Shown here: positions 20,505-29,986 of the stretch, in pieces
Layout of the letters: each line of letters starts with the position of its first letter
Position numbering within the stretch: the stretch's first letter is position 1
Assembly (NCBI GenBank): GCA_034089705.1
Contig: JAXDTZ010000014.1
Span: 28,819-92,818 of the forward strand
Source of the DNA: Candidatus Enteromonas sp.
Lineage (GTDB): Bacteria; Bacillota_I; Bacilli_A; RFN20; CAG-826
Length of the DNA stretch: 64,000 nt
Direction of reading: 5' to 3'
The notes under the pieces: generated by a model
What the model saw: only the letters and a program-made list of their open reading frames with translations
What the model was told of the DNA's origin: nothing
Database searches by the model: none
Position numbers and translations under genes: made by a program

Positions 20505-20872
20505 TCTTCGCCTTCTTCCTTCGGGAAAGAAGCGATTTGGGCGCTTTCCCGGGCGAGGGCTTCTTCGATGCGCGAAGCCGAGAGGGAGGTTTCGTCGAGG
20601 ACGAAGCGCACTTTCGGGACCTTGTAAATCGAGAGTTTCTTCGCGAGGGAAGAACGGACGAACCCCTCGGTTTTCTTGAGTTCGGCGATCTTTTGATGGG
20701 GGTATTTCTCCCCCAAGAAGGTGACGTAGACGTCCGCGTAAGAATAGTCGTCGCTGACGATGACTTCGTTGACGCAGACGAGGCCGATGCTCGGCTTTTT
20801 GAGCTCGCCGCGGACGATTTCGGCGATATAACGGGAGATTTCCGATTTGATTCGGCCGGATTTGTTCGCCAT
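20501..20872 (-). CDS. rbfA: ribosome-binding factor A
   Basis: 123 aa with the RbfA KH-like core; immediately downstream of infB with 1-nt overlap. Confidence 0.9.
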   Translation of the reverse strand: MANKSGRIKSEISRYIAEIVRGELKKPSIGLVCVNEVIVSDDYSYADVYVTFLGEKYPHQKIAELKKTEGFVRSSLAKKLSIYKVPKVRFVLDETSLSASRIEEALARESAQIASFPKEEGEE

Positions 20873-22743
20873 TAAGCGGCTCCCTTCTCCACCATCTCGT
20901 AGCCTTCGACGATGTCGCCGGCCTTGATGTCGTTATACCCTTCGACCATGAGTCCGCATTCGTAACCTTCCTTGACTTCCTTCACGTCGTCTTTGTAGCG
21001 GCGAAGGGAGGCGAGTTTGCCATCGTAAACGACGACGCCGTCGCGGATCAAGCGGATCTTCGAGGAGGATTTGATGCAGCCGCTCGTGACGTAGCTGCCC
21101 CCGATGGTGCCGACTTTGTCCATCTTGAAGATGTGGCGGATTTCGGCTTGGCCGGTCACTTGTTCGGTGACTTCCGCCTTCGCCATGCCTTTCATCAGGG
21201 CTTCCATGTCGTCGAGGAGTTCGTAAATGATCTTGTGGAGGCGGATTTCCACGTGGTTCTCTTCCGCTTTTTGGCGGACGCGGGCGTCGGGGCGGACGTT
21301 GAACCCGAAAATCAAGGCGCGGGAGGCCGAAGCGAGCAAGACGTCGTTGTCGGAGATCGCTCCGGCGGAAGCCATGAGGACGTGGACGTGGATGGTGTCG
21401 CTCGACATCTTCTCCAAATTGACCTTCAAGGCTTCGGCGGTGCCGTCGCTGTCGGCTTTCACGAGGATGTTGATGTCGGTGATTTTGCCCGCGTTAACGA
21501 GGTTATTGAGGTCGGCGAGGGTCATCGCGGCGGTTCCGCTGCGCTCCTTTTCCTGTTTGGAAAGGGCGCGCTTTTCGGCGATTTCCTTGGCTTGCCGCTC
21601 TTCGGGGAAGGCCATGAATTTGTCTCCGGCTCCCGGAACGGCGCTCAATCCGATGACGGAAACCGGGGTGCCCGGTCCGGCGGATTTCAAGACTTGGCGG
21701 AATTCGTTGGTCATGCGGCGGATTTTTCCATACGTCTCGCCGACGACCACGTAATCCCCGGCGGTCAAGGTTCCGTTTTGGACAAGAAGGGTGGCTTTGG
21801 GCCCTTCTCCGCGGGAGAGTTCGGATTCAAGGACCGCTCCGATCGCGTAACGGCTGGGGTTGGCCTTGAGTTCGAGCATTTCGGCTTTTAAGAGAATCAT
21901 GTCGAGCAAATCGTCGATTCCCATGCCTTTTTTGGCCGAAATCTCGACGCACATGACGTCTCCCCCGTATTCTTCGGCGATGACGTCGTGCTGCATGAGT
22001 TCCTCTTTGACGCGATGGGGGTCCGCGCCCGCCTTATCCATTTTATTGATGGCGACGATGATGGGGACGCCCGCGGCTTTGGCGTGGTCGATGGCTTCGA
22101 TCGTTTGCGGCATGACCCCATCGTCGCCGGCGACCACGAGGACGACGATGTCGGTGACGGAAGCCCCACGAGCGCGCATCGCGGTGAACGCGGCGTGCCC
22201 CGGGGTATCGATGAAGGTGATCTTCTTTCCGTGGACTTCCTTTTGGTAGGCGCCGATTTCTTGGGAAATGCCTCCGGCTTCGGTGTCGACGATGTGGGAG
22301 GAGCGGATCGCGTCGATCAACGTGGTTTTGCCATGGTCGACATGGCCCATGATGGTGACGACCGCGGGGCGTTCGCGCAAATCCTCTTCGGCGTCTTCGA
22401 CTTCGAGGTCTTCGAAATGCTCTTCATCGACGATCTTCTCTTTTTTGAAGTCGTAACCGAATTCCAAGCAGATGGTGCCGATGGCTTCGTCGTCGAGGAT
22501 TTGGTTGATCGTGACGGCCTTTCCGTTCAAGAAAAGGAATTTGATAATCGCGGGAGTCGGGACGTTGATGGCTTTGGAAAGCTCCGCGACGGTCAGGGGT
22601 TTGGAATAAACGAAAACCCCTCCGTTCACTTTCGCGTATTGGTCTTTCTTCTGGCGGGGTTGGAAATTCGACACGCGGGAATTGCCGCTAGGCTTCCCTT
22701 TCTTTTGGTCGCTTTTCTTGGCTCCGTAATTCGGTTTTTTCAT
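20872..22743 (-). CDS. infB: translation initiation factor IF-2
   Basis: GTPase G-domain ([19 protein letters not shown]), domains II-IV; AAAGGAG RBS before ATG 22743, ATGA overlap with the L7Ae stop; track ORF extends 7 codons upstream. Confidence 0.95.
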   Translation of the reverse strand: MKKPNYGAKKSDQKKGKPSGNSRVSNFQPRQKKDQYAKVNGGVFVYSKPLTVAELSKAINVPTPAIIKFLFLNGKAVTINQILDDEAIGTICLEFGYDFKKEKIVDEEHFEDLEVEDAEEDLRERPAVVTIMGHVDHGKTTLIDAIRSSHIVDTEAGGISQEIGAYQKEVHGKKITFIDTPGHAAFTAMRARGASVTDIVVLVVAGDDGVMPQTIEAIDHAKAAGVPIIVAINKMDKAGADPHRVKEELMQHDVIAEEYGGDVMCVEISAKKGMGIDDLLDMILLKAEMLELKANPSRYAIGAVLESELSRGEGPKATLLVQNGTLTAGDYVVVGETYGKIRRMTNEFRQVLKSAGPGTPVSVIGLSAVPGAGDKFMAFPEERQAKEIAEKRALSKQEKERSGTAAMTLADLNNLVNAGKITDINILVKADSDGTAEALKVNLEKMSSDTIHVHVLMASAGAISDNDVLLASASRALIFGFNVRPDARVRQKAEENHVEIRLHKIIYELLDDMEALMKGMAKAEVTEQVTGQAEIRHIFKMDKVGTIGGSYVTSGCIKSSSKIRLIRDGVVVYDGKLASLRRYKDDVKEVKEGYECGLMVEGYNDIKAGDIVEGYEMVEKGAA

Positions 22744-23039
22744 TCGTCTTCTCCTTTCTTCCATTTTGCTTCAAGGGCCCGGCTTGCTTTCCGGTCCTTG
22801 ACGTAAACGGCGGTGAGTTCGGGGTAGCCTAGGGCGCTCCCGAGCTCGGATTTGCTCACCCCTCGGAGGATGGTCGTTTTGGCGCGGAGGGCTTTTTCCT
22901 CTAGCCGCTTGGCGGTGGCAGAGTTTCCACTAGCCAAAATCAAGACTTCCCCTTCTTTGAGGTGATGGAGGATCGTTTCCCCGATGAGCGTCTTTCCTCC
23001 GCGGTTCAGAAGGCCAAGGAAGAGCAAGGCTTCATTCAT
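22740..23039 (-). CDS. ylxQ: L7Ae-family ribosomal-protein-like protein (YlxQ)
   Basis: ~100 aa L7Ae/L30e fold between ylxR and infB, the conserved Bacillota position; start ATG 23039 overlaps the ylxR end (ATGAATGA). Confidence 0.78.
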   Translation of the reverse strand: MNEALLFLGLLNRGGKTLIGETILHHLKEGEVLILASGNSATAKRLEEKALRAKTTILRGVSKSELGSALGYPELTAVYVKDRKASRALEAKWKKGEDE

Positions 23040-23286
23040 GGATGAGTTCCTCCAACTGGGCAAGGACTCCTTCTTGGAGCGGGGGGAGTTTCTTTTTCAA
23101 AAGCAGCCTCCCATCCCGCAACGCCCGGATGGTTTCCGCGGTTTTGGCCACGTAATACCCTCTTCCGGGGAGGTTTTGGGAAAGATCCAGAAGAAGAAAC
23201 CCGTCTTGGGCGACCAGACGGAAAAGAGAGGATTTCGCCTCCTTTTTCCGCGTGATGAAGTCGGTGCGCAAAACGGGTTTTTCCAT
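23032..23286 (-). CDS. ylxR: YlxR/DUF448 RNA-binding protein
   Basis: 84-aa protein immediately downstream of nusA (2-nt gap), conserved operon position. Confidence 0.78.
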   Translation of the reverse strand: MEKPVLRTDFITRKKEAKSSLFRLVAQDGFLLLDLSQNLPGRGYYVAKTAETIRALRDGRLLLKKKLPPLQEGVLAQLEELIHE

Positions 23287-23288
23287 GC

Positions 23289-25145
23289 TTATTTCTCGTC
23301 GTCGTAATATTCGTCGTAATCTTCGTAGTCGATGTCATCGTCCGGCAAGTCGGAATCGAGGGAGGCATTGCGGTCCTCTTCTTCCATTTGGGCGAGTTCT
23401 TGCTCGGTGTAGATTTCCATTCCGCTGCCGGGGATTTTCGGGGCGGCTTCGCGTTTGACTTCTTCTTCGGAAATCTTGCGCGGGCGCTTAGAACCCTTGG
23501 AGTAGGAAGGCTTGGAGGAAGAATGGCGGCTGCTTTCGAGCTCCTCTTCGAGGGCGGAAAGGGTGGTCGTGGTTTTGACTTCGCGCTTTTCTTCGACCGG
23601 TTCGGGGATCGGCGCAGCTTCGGGAGCAACCGGCGCGCCTTCTTCCGGGGTCGCCTCTTCGGTAGCGGCATCGCGAGCTTGGGCGGCCAAGGCGCGTTGG
23701 CTTTGGAGGGCGGCGAGGGCGGCGGCGGCGGGGTTGATGGCTTCCGCGGGGAAGTCGCTTTCGCTGGCGCTGGCCTTCGGGGTGACCGCGGGCATCTCGG
23801 GAAGGGGTTCGACGCGGGCGAGGCGGGAAGCGCGTTCGGCTTCTTCCTTCTTGCGGCGTTCTTCTTCGAGGGCGGCGAGGCGTTCGGCTTCTTTGCGTTC
23901 CGCTTCCGCGCGGGCTTCTTCCTCGCGCTTCTTCGCTTCTTCGGCGGTCTTGCGGCGGTATTCCTCTTCCGCGGCCGCCTTCTTCAAGCGGGCCTCTTCT
24001 TCTTCGGCTTCCTTGACGGTGATGAAGGAGATGCCGCTTGCGAGGGCTTCGTTCAAGCCAATGAGCTCAATGCGATACCCGGTGAGGCGGGAAGCGAGCG
24101 GGAGGTTTTGGCGATAACGGCCCATTTGTTGGCGGTAAACTTCTTCGGCGAGGACCACTTTGGCGAACTTGTTTTCTTCGTCGATCGAAACCCCGAGGGC
24201 GAGGATCGGGCGAACCGAATCCATGATGAATTTCGGGGCGTAATCGCTCCATTCGATGATGTCGATCTTTTCCTTGTTGCGGGAATTGCCGAGCTGGTTG
24301 ACGATCTTCGTGATGCGGCTTCCGCCCGGACCGATGCAGGCGCCGGTGGCGTCCACCCCTTCTTTGGTGGAGGTGACGGCGATTTTGGACCGAATGCCCG
24401 CGGCGCGACTGATGCCTTTAATGACGACCGATCCGTCGTAAATTTCGTGGATTTCCTCTTCGAACAAGCGCTTGAGGAAGCCTTCGGAGGCGCGGGTGGC
24501 TTCGATCATCGGCCCGCGTTTTTTGCCATTGACGTCTTCGCTGGGGCGAACTTCTTGGATGTAAACCTTGATGGGGTCGCCTTGCTTGAAGTATTCGTCG
24601 CGGATGAGTTCGCGGCGGGTCATTTCGATTTGGGCGCGTCCGATGTCGACGACGACCGTGCGATCATCGGCTTTGAGGACGGTTCCGGTCACCATTTCCC
24701 CGATGTGATCTTTGTAGATGTCGTAGAGTTCGGCGCGTTCGGCTTCGGCGAGGGAACCGCGGAAATAGTTCATCATCGCTTTGGTCGCGGCGTTGGAGAT
24801 GTCGTCGAAATCCGCGGGGATCGCAAAGCGGTCTCCGGGGGCGTAGGTGACGCCTTCCGGGGCCATTTCGTTGGCTTCGGATTCTTCGATCTGCAAATAA
24901 TCGTCTTCGACTTCGTCGTCTTTGCGGACTTCCTTGATTTGGGCGAGGAAAAGTTCGCCGGTTTCCGGGTTGATGTGGCATTCGACGACGGCGTCATCGC
25001 CTCCGCCGAGCACGCGAATGTAACCTTTGATGAGCGCGCTTTCCAAAGCGGAGAGGACGGCGTCGAGGGGAAGGTGTTTTTCCAGGGCGACGGCCTTGGC
25101 GGCGCTGAGCAAGTCGATTTGCTCGTCCTGTTTCTTCTTGGGCAT
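23289..25145 (-). CDS. nusA: transcription termination/antitermination factor NusA with long charged C-terminal extension
   Basis: N-terminal domain, S1 and KH1/KH2 core, then ~250 aa of E/K/R/A-rich and acidic low-complexity tail ending DDIDYEDYDEYYDDEK; AAGGAG RBS 8 nt before ATG 25145. Confidence 0.93.
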   Translation of the reverse strand: MPKKKQDEQIDLLSAAKAVALEKHLPLDAVLSALESALIKGYIRVLGGGDDAVVECHINPETGELFLAQIKEVRKDDEVEDDYLQIEESEANEMAPEGVTYAPGDRFAIPADFDDISNAATKAMMNYFRGSLAEAERAELYDIYKDHIGEMVTGTVLKADDRTVVVDIGRAQIEMTRRELIRDEYFKQGDPIKVYIQEVRPSEDVNGKKRGPMIEATRASEGFLKRLFEEEIHEIYDGSVVIKGISRAAGIRSKIAVTSTKEGVDATGACIGPGGSRITKIVNQLGNSRNKEKIDIIEWSDYAPKFIMDSVRPILALGVSIDEENKFAKVVLAEEVYRQQMGRYRQNLPLASRLTGYRIELIGLNEALASGISFITVKEAEEEEARLKKAAAEEEYRRKTAEEAKKREEEARAEAERKEAERLAALEEERRKKEEAERASRLARVEPLPEMPAVTPKASASESDFPAEAINPAAAALAALQSQRALAAQARDAATEEATPEEGAPVAPEAAPIPEPVEEKREVKTTTTLSALEEELESSRHSSSKPSYSKGSKRPRKISEEEVKREAAPKIPGSGMEIYTEQELAQMEEEDRNASLDSDLPDDDIDYEDYDEYYDDEK

Positions 25146-25173
25146 GGGTGTGTACTCCTTAATGTGTTGATGA

Positions 25174-25629
25174 TCAGAATTCAATGGCGAGGCGGGCCTC
25201 GTCGATGGTCGAATAGGGGAAGGAACGCTCGACCACGCGCGTTTTTACCTTTTGGGTCAAGACGACGGTTTCCCCGACGCTTTTTAAGGTTCCTTCGAGG
25301 ATGTTGTCCCCTTGGACCGGGGTCGAGAGGTGCAGGTGGACGTACCGCCCGAGGTAAGCGGGCAATTCTTCGAGGGCGATGCGTTTTTCCGCCCCCGCGC
25401 TGGAGAGGTCAAGGGTGTAGGCCCCGGGAATGGGGTCCTTTTCATCGAGCAAGGCGCTCACGAAGGAACTGAGTTCCACGATGTCTTCCAGCCCGATGGG
25501 GGCGGGACGGTCCACGACGACTTCGAGGACGGATTCCTTGGCTTGTTTGAATTTAACTTCGTAAAGGGAATAGCCTTTTTGCTTCAAAGGCTCGGTCAGA
25601 ATCTCAGAGACGACTTTCGCTTCGTTCAT
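25174..25629 (-). CDS. rimP: ribosome maturation factor RimP
   Basis: ~150 aa RimP (YlxS) fold directly upstream of nusA; GGAGG RBS before ATG 25629/25632. Confidence 0.85.
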   Translation of the reverse strand: MNEAKVVSEILTEPLKQKGYSLYEVKFKQAKESVLEVVVDRPAPIGLEDIVELSSFVSALLDEKDPIPGAYTLDLSSAGAEKRIALEELPAYLGRYVHLHLSTPVQGDNILEGTLKSVGETVVLTQKVKTRVVERSFPYSTIDEARLAIEF

Positions 25630-25657
25630 CATTACCTCCTGGGAAACCATCAAGAAA

Positions 25658-25676
25658 GGGTGGTTTGCAACCACCC
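25658..25676 (-). promoter_or_regulatory. perfect stem-loop in the rimP-nusA leader (candidate attenuator/terminator-like element)
   Basis: GGGUGGUU-UGC-AACCACCC (8-bp GC-rich stem) on the minus strand, followed by CUUUCUU, ~25 nt upstream of the rimP start. Confidence 0.45.
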
Positions 25677-25757
25677 AAAAGTTTTCTTGGCTTTACGGAA
25701 CCGCGACGGGATTTCCGCAACGAAAGTATACCGAATCCTTTTCCCTTTGGGAAGAGG

Positions 25758-26672
25758 TCAATTTCGCTTCTTTTGCTGGTGGAACAAGGTGGCCAAAAGA
25801 TAAGCCATCGGGGGAAGGATGTTGATGAGGTAGAGAAGAATTGGGCCAATGGGCAAGGAAACCAAAAAATCCAAAGGGAAGGCGAAGGTGAGGGATTCGG
25901 CGATCGCTTGGGGGTCATAGGCGGAAGCAAAATAGCCATAAATCGAGAACGCAAGCCCTAGGAGCAAGAAAATCGATCCGGCCTTCATGGTGACTTGGAA
26001 ATGGCGGAAGCCATCGAGTTTCCGCAAGAAAAATTCGTAAAAGGCGAGTTCCACGAGGGGCAAGAGCATGAGCATGTACCAGGGGAGGGTCGCGAAGAAA
26101 TGGGCGAAAGTGAAGTCGTAAGTGAGGAAAAAGAGGGTGATGGGGACGGAGAAAAAGGCGGCGATTCCGCAATACAGGGGAATCAATAGATCGAGGATTA
26201 CGATTCGCTTCCAAAGGGGGATGGGAAGGAATTCCACTTCGTCGTTCTTCGCCTTTTTGATGCCATAGAGGAACCAAAAGAGGCCAACAAAATCAAATAA
26301 GAAACCAAAAATCATGCTGTCGAGGGGGTAAATCCAGGTGATTCCGCCCTCCACCAAAGAATCGAAGGTTCCGTTAGCGAACAAAAGAATCGAAGAAATG
26401 GCGCTTCCGGCCCCAAATAGGCAAGTGAGGGCCCCACCAAGGACAAAGGCTAGGCGATAGGTGGTCTTGCTCCTTGGATGGAGGGCGACGTGCACGGAAA
26501 CCCCAAAGGAAAGCAAGGCGAAAGTGATGAAAAACAAAGGAAGGTAACGAAGGAAGACCGGGGCGTCGCTCGCGAGTTGGCTCACTAGCCCGGGAAGAGA
26601 AACCGAAAGGGCCATTCCTCCCAAAGCAAAGAAGATGGCTTCGAGAACCTCCAACACCCATTTCCGTTTCAT
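25758..26672 (-). CDS. polytopic integral membrane protein (unknown function)
   Basis: ~304 aa with ~9 hydrophobic segments; start ATG 26672 forms an ATGA overlap with the upstream metallophosphoesterase stop. Confidence 0.6.
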   Translation of the reverse strand: MKRKWVLEVLEAIFFALGGMALSVSLPGLVSQLASDAPVFLRYLPLFFITFALLSFGVSVHVALHPRSKTTYRLAFVLGGALTCLFGAGSAISSILLFANGTFDSLVEGGITWIYPLDSMIFGFLFDFVGLFWFLYGIKKAKNDEVEFLPIPLWKRIVILDLLIPLYCGIAAFFSVPITLFFLTYDFTFAHFFATLPWYMLMLLPLVELAFYEFFLRKLDGFRHFQVTMKAGSIFLLLGLAFSIYGYFASAYDPQAIAESLTFAFPLDFLVSLPIGPILLYLINILPPMAYLLATLFHQQKKRN

Positions 26673-27796
26673 GCGAACACCTCCTCTTGGGAAAACCCGT
26701 TCCCCCCTTCGTAAGAATCTTGGTAACTTTGGTAGCAACGGGTGAAATGGACGCTGCCATCCACGGCGATTTCGCTTAAGGTTCCTCCGATCATCCCTTC
26801 TTGGAAGTAGAGGCCATCCCCGGTTTTTAAGCCGTATCCAATGGCGATTTTGGGGGAAGTCTCCTCCAAGGAATATTCGGCGATGAAATCGTTGACGTGA
26901 TCATGGCCGAAGAAGACCCCTTTCCCGTTATGCTCGCTCATTTTGGCGAACATCGAGGTCCTCTTGTATCCGACGTAGCTTCGGGAAACCCCGAGTTCTT
27001 CGCTGGAAATGCTGTCTTTTTCGAGCATCACCCCCGAATAACGCGACAAGAATCCCGGGGCGCTCCCCGTTCCCGGGCGTCCCTTTCCTTCTTCGAGGCT
27101 TTCCCCTTTGTCTCCGGCGAGGCGGAAGGCGAATTCGAGTTCGTGCAGAGGGATATGGCAATAGACCAGGTTCGGAACGTTTTGGGCTTCTTCTTGAACT
27201 TCTTCGTACCAGCGGATTTGGTCATCGTGGATGACGTCGTAATCGTAACGGGAGGCTTGGAGTTGGGTATAGGAATTGCTGTCGATCAAAACGATGTTCC
27301 ATTTGGTTTCCTCCCCTTTTGTGAGGGAGATGGCGAAATTGGAATCTCCGGAGAGTTCGTCGTCGACTTCTTTGCAGATCGCGTATTCGCTTTTTAAGAA
27401 GGCGTCCCTCCAAGCGTTGCGGTGGTAAAAGCCTTGCCGATCATGGTTGCCATAGGTGGTCGCGTAACGAAAATGGTGCTTTTTGGCGAGTTCGTCCATC
27501 GTGGAGACGAAGGAAGAGATCGTTTTGGTGTTGGCGAGCATCGAGTTGTCGCCGGTAAAGACGACGAGGTCCGGGGAAGAGTTCGTCAGCAAGGCGTCGA
27601 GATAGGCTTTTTGGCGGGGAACATCCGTCCCGTAGGTCCAATGCAAATCGGTGAGTTGGAGCACCTTCGCGGTGTCTTTGCCCGAAAAGACATCCAACGT
27701 TTCTATATAAGAAGATAAAGGGATTTCGCCTTTGCCGCAGGAAGCAAGCAATAAGGGGAAAGCGCCCAATAACAATGCGATGGTTCGGCGTTTCAT
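26669..27796 (-). CDS. lipoprotein calcineurin-like metallophosphoesterase
   Basis: 375 aa; lipobox LLLASCG; metallophosphoesterase motifs (TDLHW, GDNS, GNHD, GHDH); ATGA overlap with the upstream gene. Confidence 0.75.
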   Translation of the reverse strand: MKRRTIALLLGAFPLLLASCGKGEIPLSSYIETLDVFSGKDTAKVLQLTDLHWTYGTDVPRQKAYLDALLTNSSPDLVVFTGDNSMLANTKTISSFVSTMDELAKKHHFRYATTYGNHDRQGFYHRNAWRDAFLKSEYAICKEVDDELSGDSNFAISLTKGEETKWNIVLIDSNSYTQLQASRYDYDVIHDDQIRWYEEVQEEAQNVPNLVYCHIPLHELEFAFRLAGDKGESLEEGKGRPGTGSAPGFLSRYSGVMLEKDSISSEELGVSRSYVGYKRTSMFAKMSEHNGKGVFFGHDHVNDFIAEYSLEETSPKIAIGYGLKTGDGLYFQEGMIGGTLSEIAVDGSVHFTRCYQSYQDSYEGGNGFSQEEVFA

Positions 27797-28716
27797 GAAA
27801 GATCCTCCGTATTGGTCTTGACCGAGCAGTGGCGTTTGGCCAAGAAGGTTTCGATGGCCCGTTCAGTATAGGGCTTGGAATACAAAGAGTCGAGGTATTG
27901 GGAAAGCGCGATGCGTTCGCCCCGGGTTTTCTCATCGAAAGCAAGACCGCGGAGAAGCGGGGTGAGTTGGTCTTTTCCATAATAGCAAGGCGCGTCGAAG
28001 AAAAAGGAACGGTACGCGGGGTTGTTCGGAAGGAACAAGGGCTTATGGAAGCGAATGGCGAAAAACGCCGACAAGGGGAAATCGGAAAAACTCGGCAAGG
28101 GGAGGATGGCGTCGCTATGGATGGCGTAAGGCAAAACCTCGTCCAAAGACTTCGCGGGGACGAGGGAAAAGTTGGCTTTCTTTTTGGGTTCTTTGGCCAA
28201 GGGGTTAAAAAGAACCAATTGGAAATCGGGGTTTTCTTTGGCCAAATCCATGGCGAAATCTTCCCCTTCCCCGTATTCGCTAAAAAGGAACACGCGGAAC
28301 CGGGCGGAAGAGTTTTGGAATAAAGAGGGGATTTCGCAGGAAGAGTTGACGGGAAAATCCAAGAAAGGTGGGATGAAAACCACTCTTTTTCGGTTCTCCC
28401 GGGTGATAAGCTCTTGGCTTAAGACCATGGCGAAGGCGGAACGTTGGAGCCTCACCCAATCCCAAAGCCGGCGAAATCGGTTTTTCGAAGATCGGGAAGA
28501 GACGAGGAAACTGATACGATCTTTCTTGGATGGGATCCGCTTCGATCCTTCCTCTTTGACAACCAAGGCACGGGAAGAGGATTTCGGGGTCATTTTTTCA
28601 TAAGCCCCATCCAGAAAGTGAGCATATTCTTGAAGCGCCAAATCCCCCAAAAAACGGGAAGCTTTGTTTCCGCGGATGGGGTAGATGGAGAAAAAAGGCG
28701 AGTTCGGCATACCCAT
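27793..28716 (-). CDS. hypothetical protein, first gene of a translationally coupled 3-gene operon
   Basis: 307-aa ORF with no motif I recognise; codon usage like neighbours; upstream region carries promoter-like and palindromic elements. Confidence 0.5.
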   Translation of the reverse strand: MGMPNSPFFSIYPIRGNKASRFLGDLALQEYAHFLDGAYEKMTPKSSSRALVVKEEGSKRIPSKKDRISFLVSSRSSKNRFRRLWDWVRLQRSAFAMVLSQELITRENRKRVVFIPPFLDFPVNSSCEIPSLFQNSSARFRVFLFSEYGEGEDFAMDLAKENPDFQLVLFNPLAKEPKKKANFSLVPAKSLDEVLPYAIHSDAILPLPSFSDFPLSAFFAIRFHKPLFLPNNPAYRSFFFDAPCYYGKDQLTPLLRGLAFDEKTRGERIALSQYLDSLYSKPYTERAIETFLAKRHCSVKTNTEDLS

Positions 28717-28725
28717 ATTATCCCC

Positions 28726-28771
28726 GATTTTCCCCGAATGGGGAAGATGGGGAAAATCCTTGAATGTTCAA
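28726..28771 (-). promoter_or_regulatory. pair of palindromes in the upstream region of the 27793-28716 operon
   Basis: GATTTTCCCC-(13 nt)-GGGGAAAATC perfect 10-bp inverted repeat (28726..28758) followed by TTGAATGTTCAA (28760..28771). Confidence 0.35.
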
Positions 28772-28950
28772 TATTGGATGGCAAGAAAAGTTTCGGCCCC
28801 CGCAAAAAAATCAAAAAAATTAACCTGGGACTGTCCAAAAGTTACTGATTCGCCGCGACTTGTTCCTAGTTCCGTTGGAAATATGCTAAATTAAGCGGGC
28901 AAAAAGGGGAACGGGAAAGGAAACTTTCTCGTTATGCTTCGCAAAAAAGG

Positions 28951-28990
28951 GGAGCAAAAAGGTCACCGCGAATGGGGTGACCTTTTTGCA
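28951..28990. terminator. rho-independent terminator downstream of the nucleotidyltransferase gene
   Basis: A5-GGTCACC-GCGAATGG-GGTGACC-T5 hairpin; A-run and T-run on both sides. Confidence 0.7.
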
Positions 28991-29002
28991 TGAATGAATC
29001 GG

Positions 29003-29914
29003 TTATTTGTCCCAAAGCGGACGGGGGTATTCCCCGCGGTCGACGAGGGCTTTGATGGAGGCGACCACTTCCGGCTTGTCTTCGCGATAGGTGACTCCAT
29101 ACCAAACGGCGGAGGTGTCAAGGACGGCGACTTGGGCGCCTTTTTCCTTCATGGCATCGCTTACGAGGGAAGGGAGGAGGTATTCGCAATCGTTGAGGTG
29201 GTCTTTGTTGGCCTCCAAGAATGGGGCGAAGCCTTCTTCGATGTGCTGCATGATGTCGCTTGTGAAGCAGAACATATTCATGGAAACGAGGGAATCGGGA
29301 TCGATGTAATGCTTGGTTCCGCCTTCTAACGGGGTCGCGGCGATCAATCCATTCTCGTGTTCGAGCTTGGATTCGACGAGTTCCACGAGGCGGTTGTTTT
29401 CATCCATGACGAGGACTCCGCGCTTGACGGAACCGTTCTCGGTCATGGTGTTTTTGGCGCGATATCCGATGTTCGCGTAGACGTTCTTGCTGCCTTTGGG
29501 CAGGGAAGAGAGGAATTTCGCGGCGACTTCAAACGCATCGCGGCCATAGAAATCGTCCGAATTGATCATGACGAAGGAATCCGAGCCGACGACGTCTTTG
29601 CAGGCCAGAATCGCTTGGGCGGTGCCAAGGGGTTTCACGCGTCCCTCGGGGAGGGTATAGCCTTCCGGCAAGAGGGAGAGTTTTTGGAAAACGTAATGGG
29701 TTTCGATCTTGTCTTCGACCCGTTTGCCGATGGTGCTTTTGAAAATTTCGAGGTTCTCTTCTTTGATAATGAAGATGACTTTGTCAAAACCGGCTTTTTT
29801 GGCGTCGTATATCGAATAGTCGATAATGAAATTTCCCGCTTCGTCGATCGGTTCGATTTGTTTGAGTCCGCCGAAGCGGCTGCCCATTCCGGCAGCAAGG
29901 ATAACGAGGTCCAT
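29003..29914 (-). CDS. sugar-phosphate nucleotidyltransferase (NTP_transferase family, LicC/GlmU-N-like)
   Basis: 303 aa; N-terminal LAAGMGSRFGGLKQ pyrophosphorylase signature, GTAQAIL motif. Confidence 0.72.
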   Translation of the reverse strand: MDLVILAAGMGSRFGGLKQIEPIDEAGNFIIDYSIYDAKKAGFDKVIFIIKEENLEIFKSTIGKRVEDKIETHYVFQKLSLLPEGYTLPEGRVKPLGTAQAILACKDVVGSDSFVMINSDDFYGRDAFEVAAKFLSSLPKGSKNVYANIGYRAKNTMTENGSVKRGVLVMDENNRLVELVESKLEHENGLIAATPLEGGTKHYIDPDSLVSMNMFCFTSDIMQHIEEGFAPFLEANKDHLNDCEYLLPSLVSDAMKEKGAQVAVLDTSAVWYGVTYREDKPEVVASIKALVDRGEYPRPLWDK

Positions 29915-29986
29915 GATGAATTGCTCCTAAACGTCATCATTGTACGCGCAAAATACGAGCGCGCAAAGTTCAAAAATGCCCTATGA

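Noticed and set aside
23388-25472. 694-aa ORF on the plus strand (and similar long antisense ORFs at 55027..56613, 58586..60040, 41224..42810, 42874..44487, 46042..47451, 12360..13568, 15084..16292, 44746..45993)
   Set aside because: All lie entirely antisense to well-supported conserved genes (nusA, the HD-GYP/GGDEF and EAL genes, the giant lipoproteins, pnp, typA). Their G/R/A/D/E-rich low-complexity translations are the typical stop-poor shadow frames of high-GC coding DNA, with no RBS or recognisable motif.
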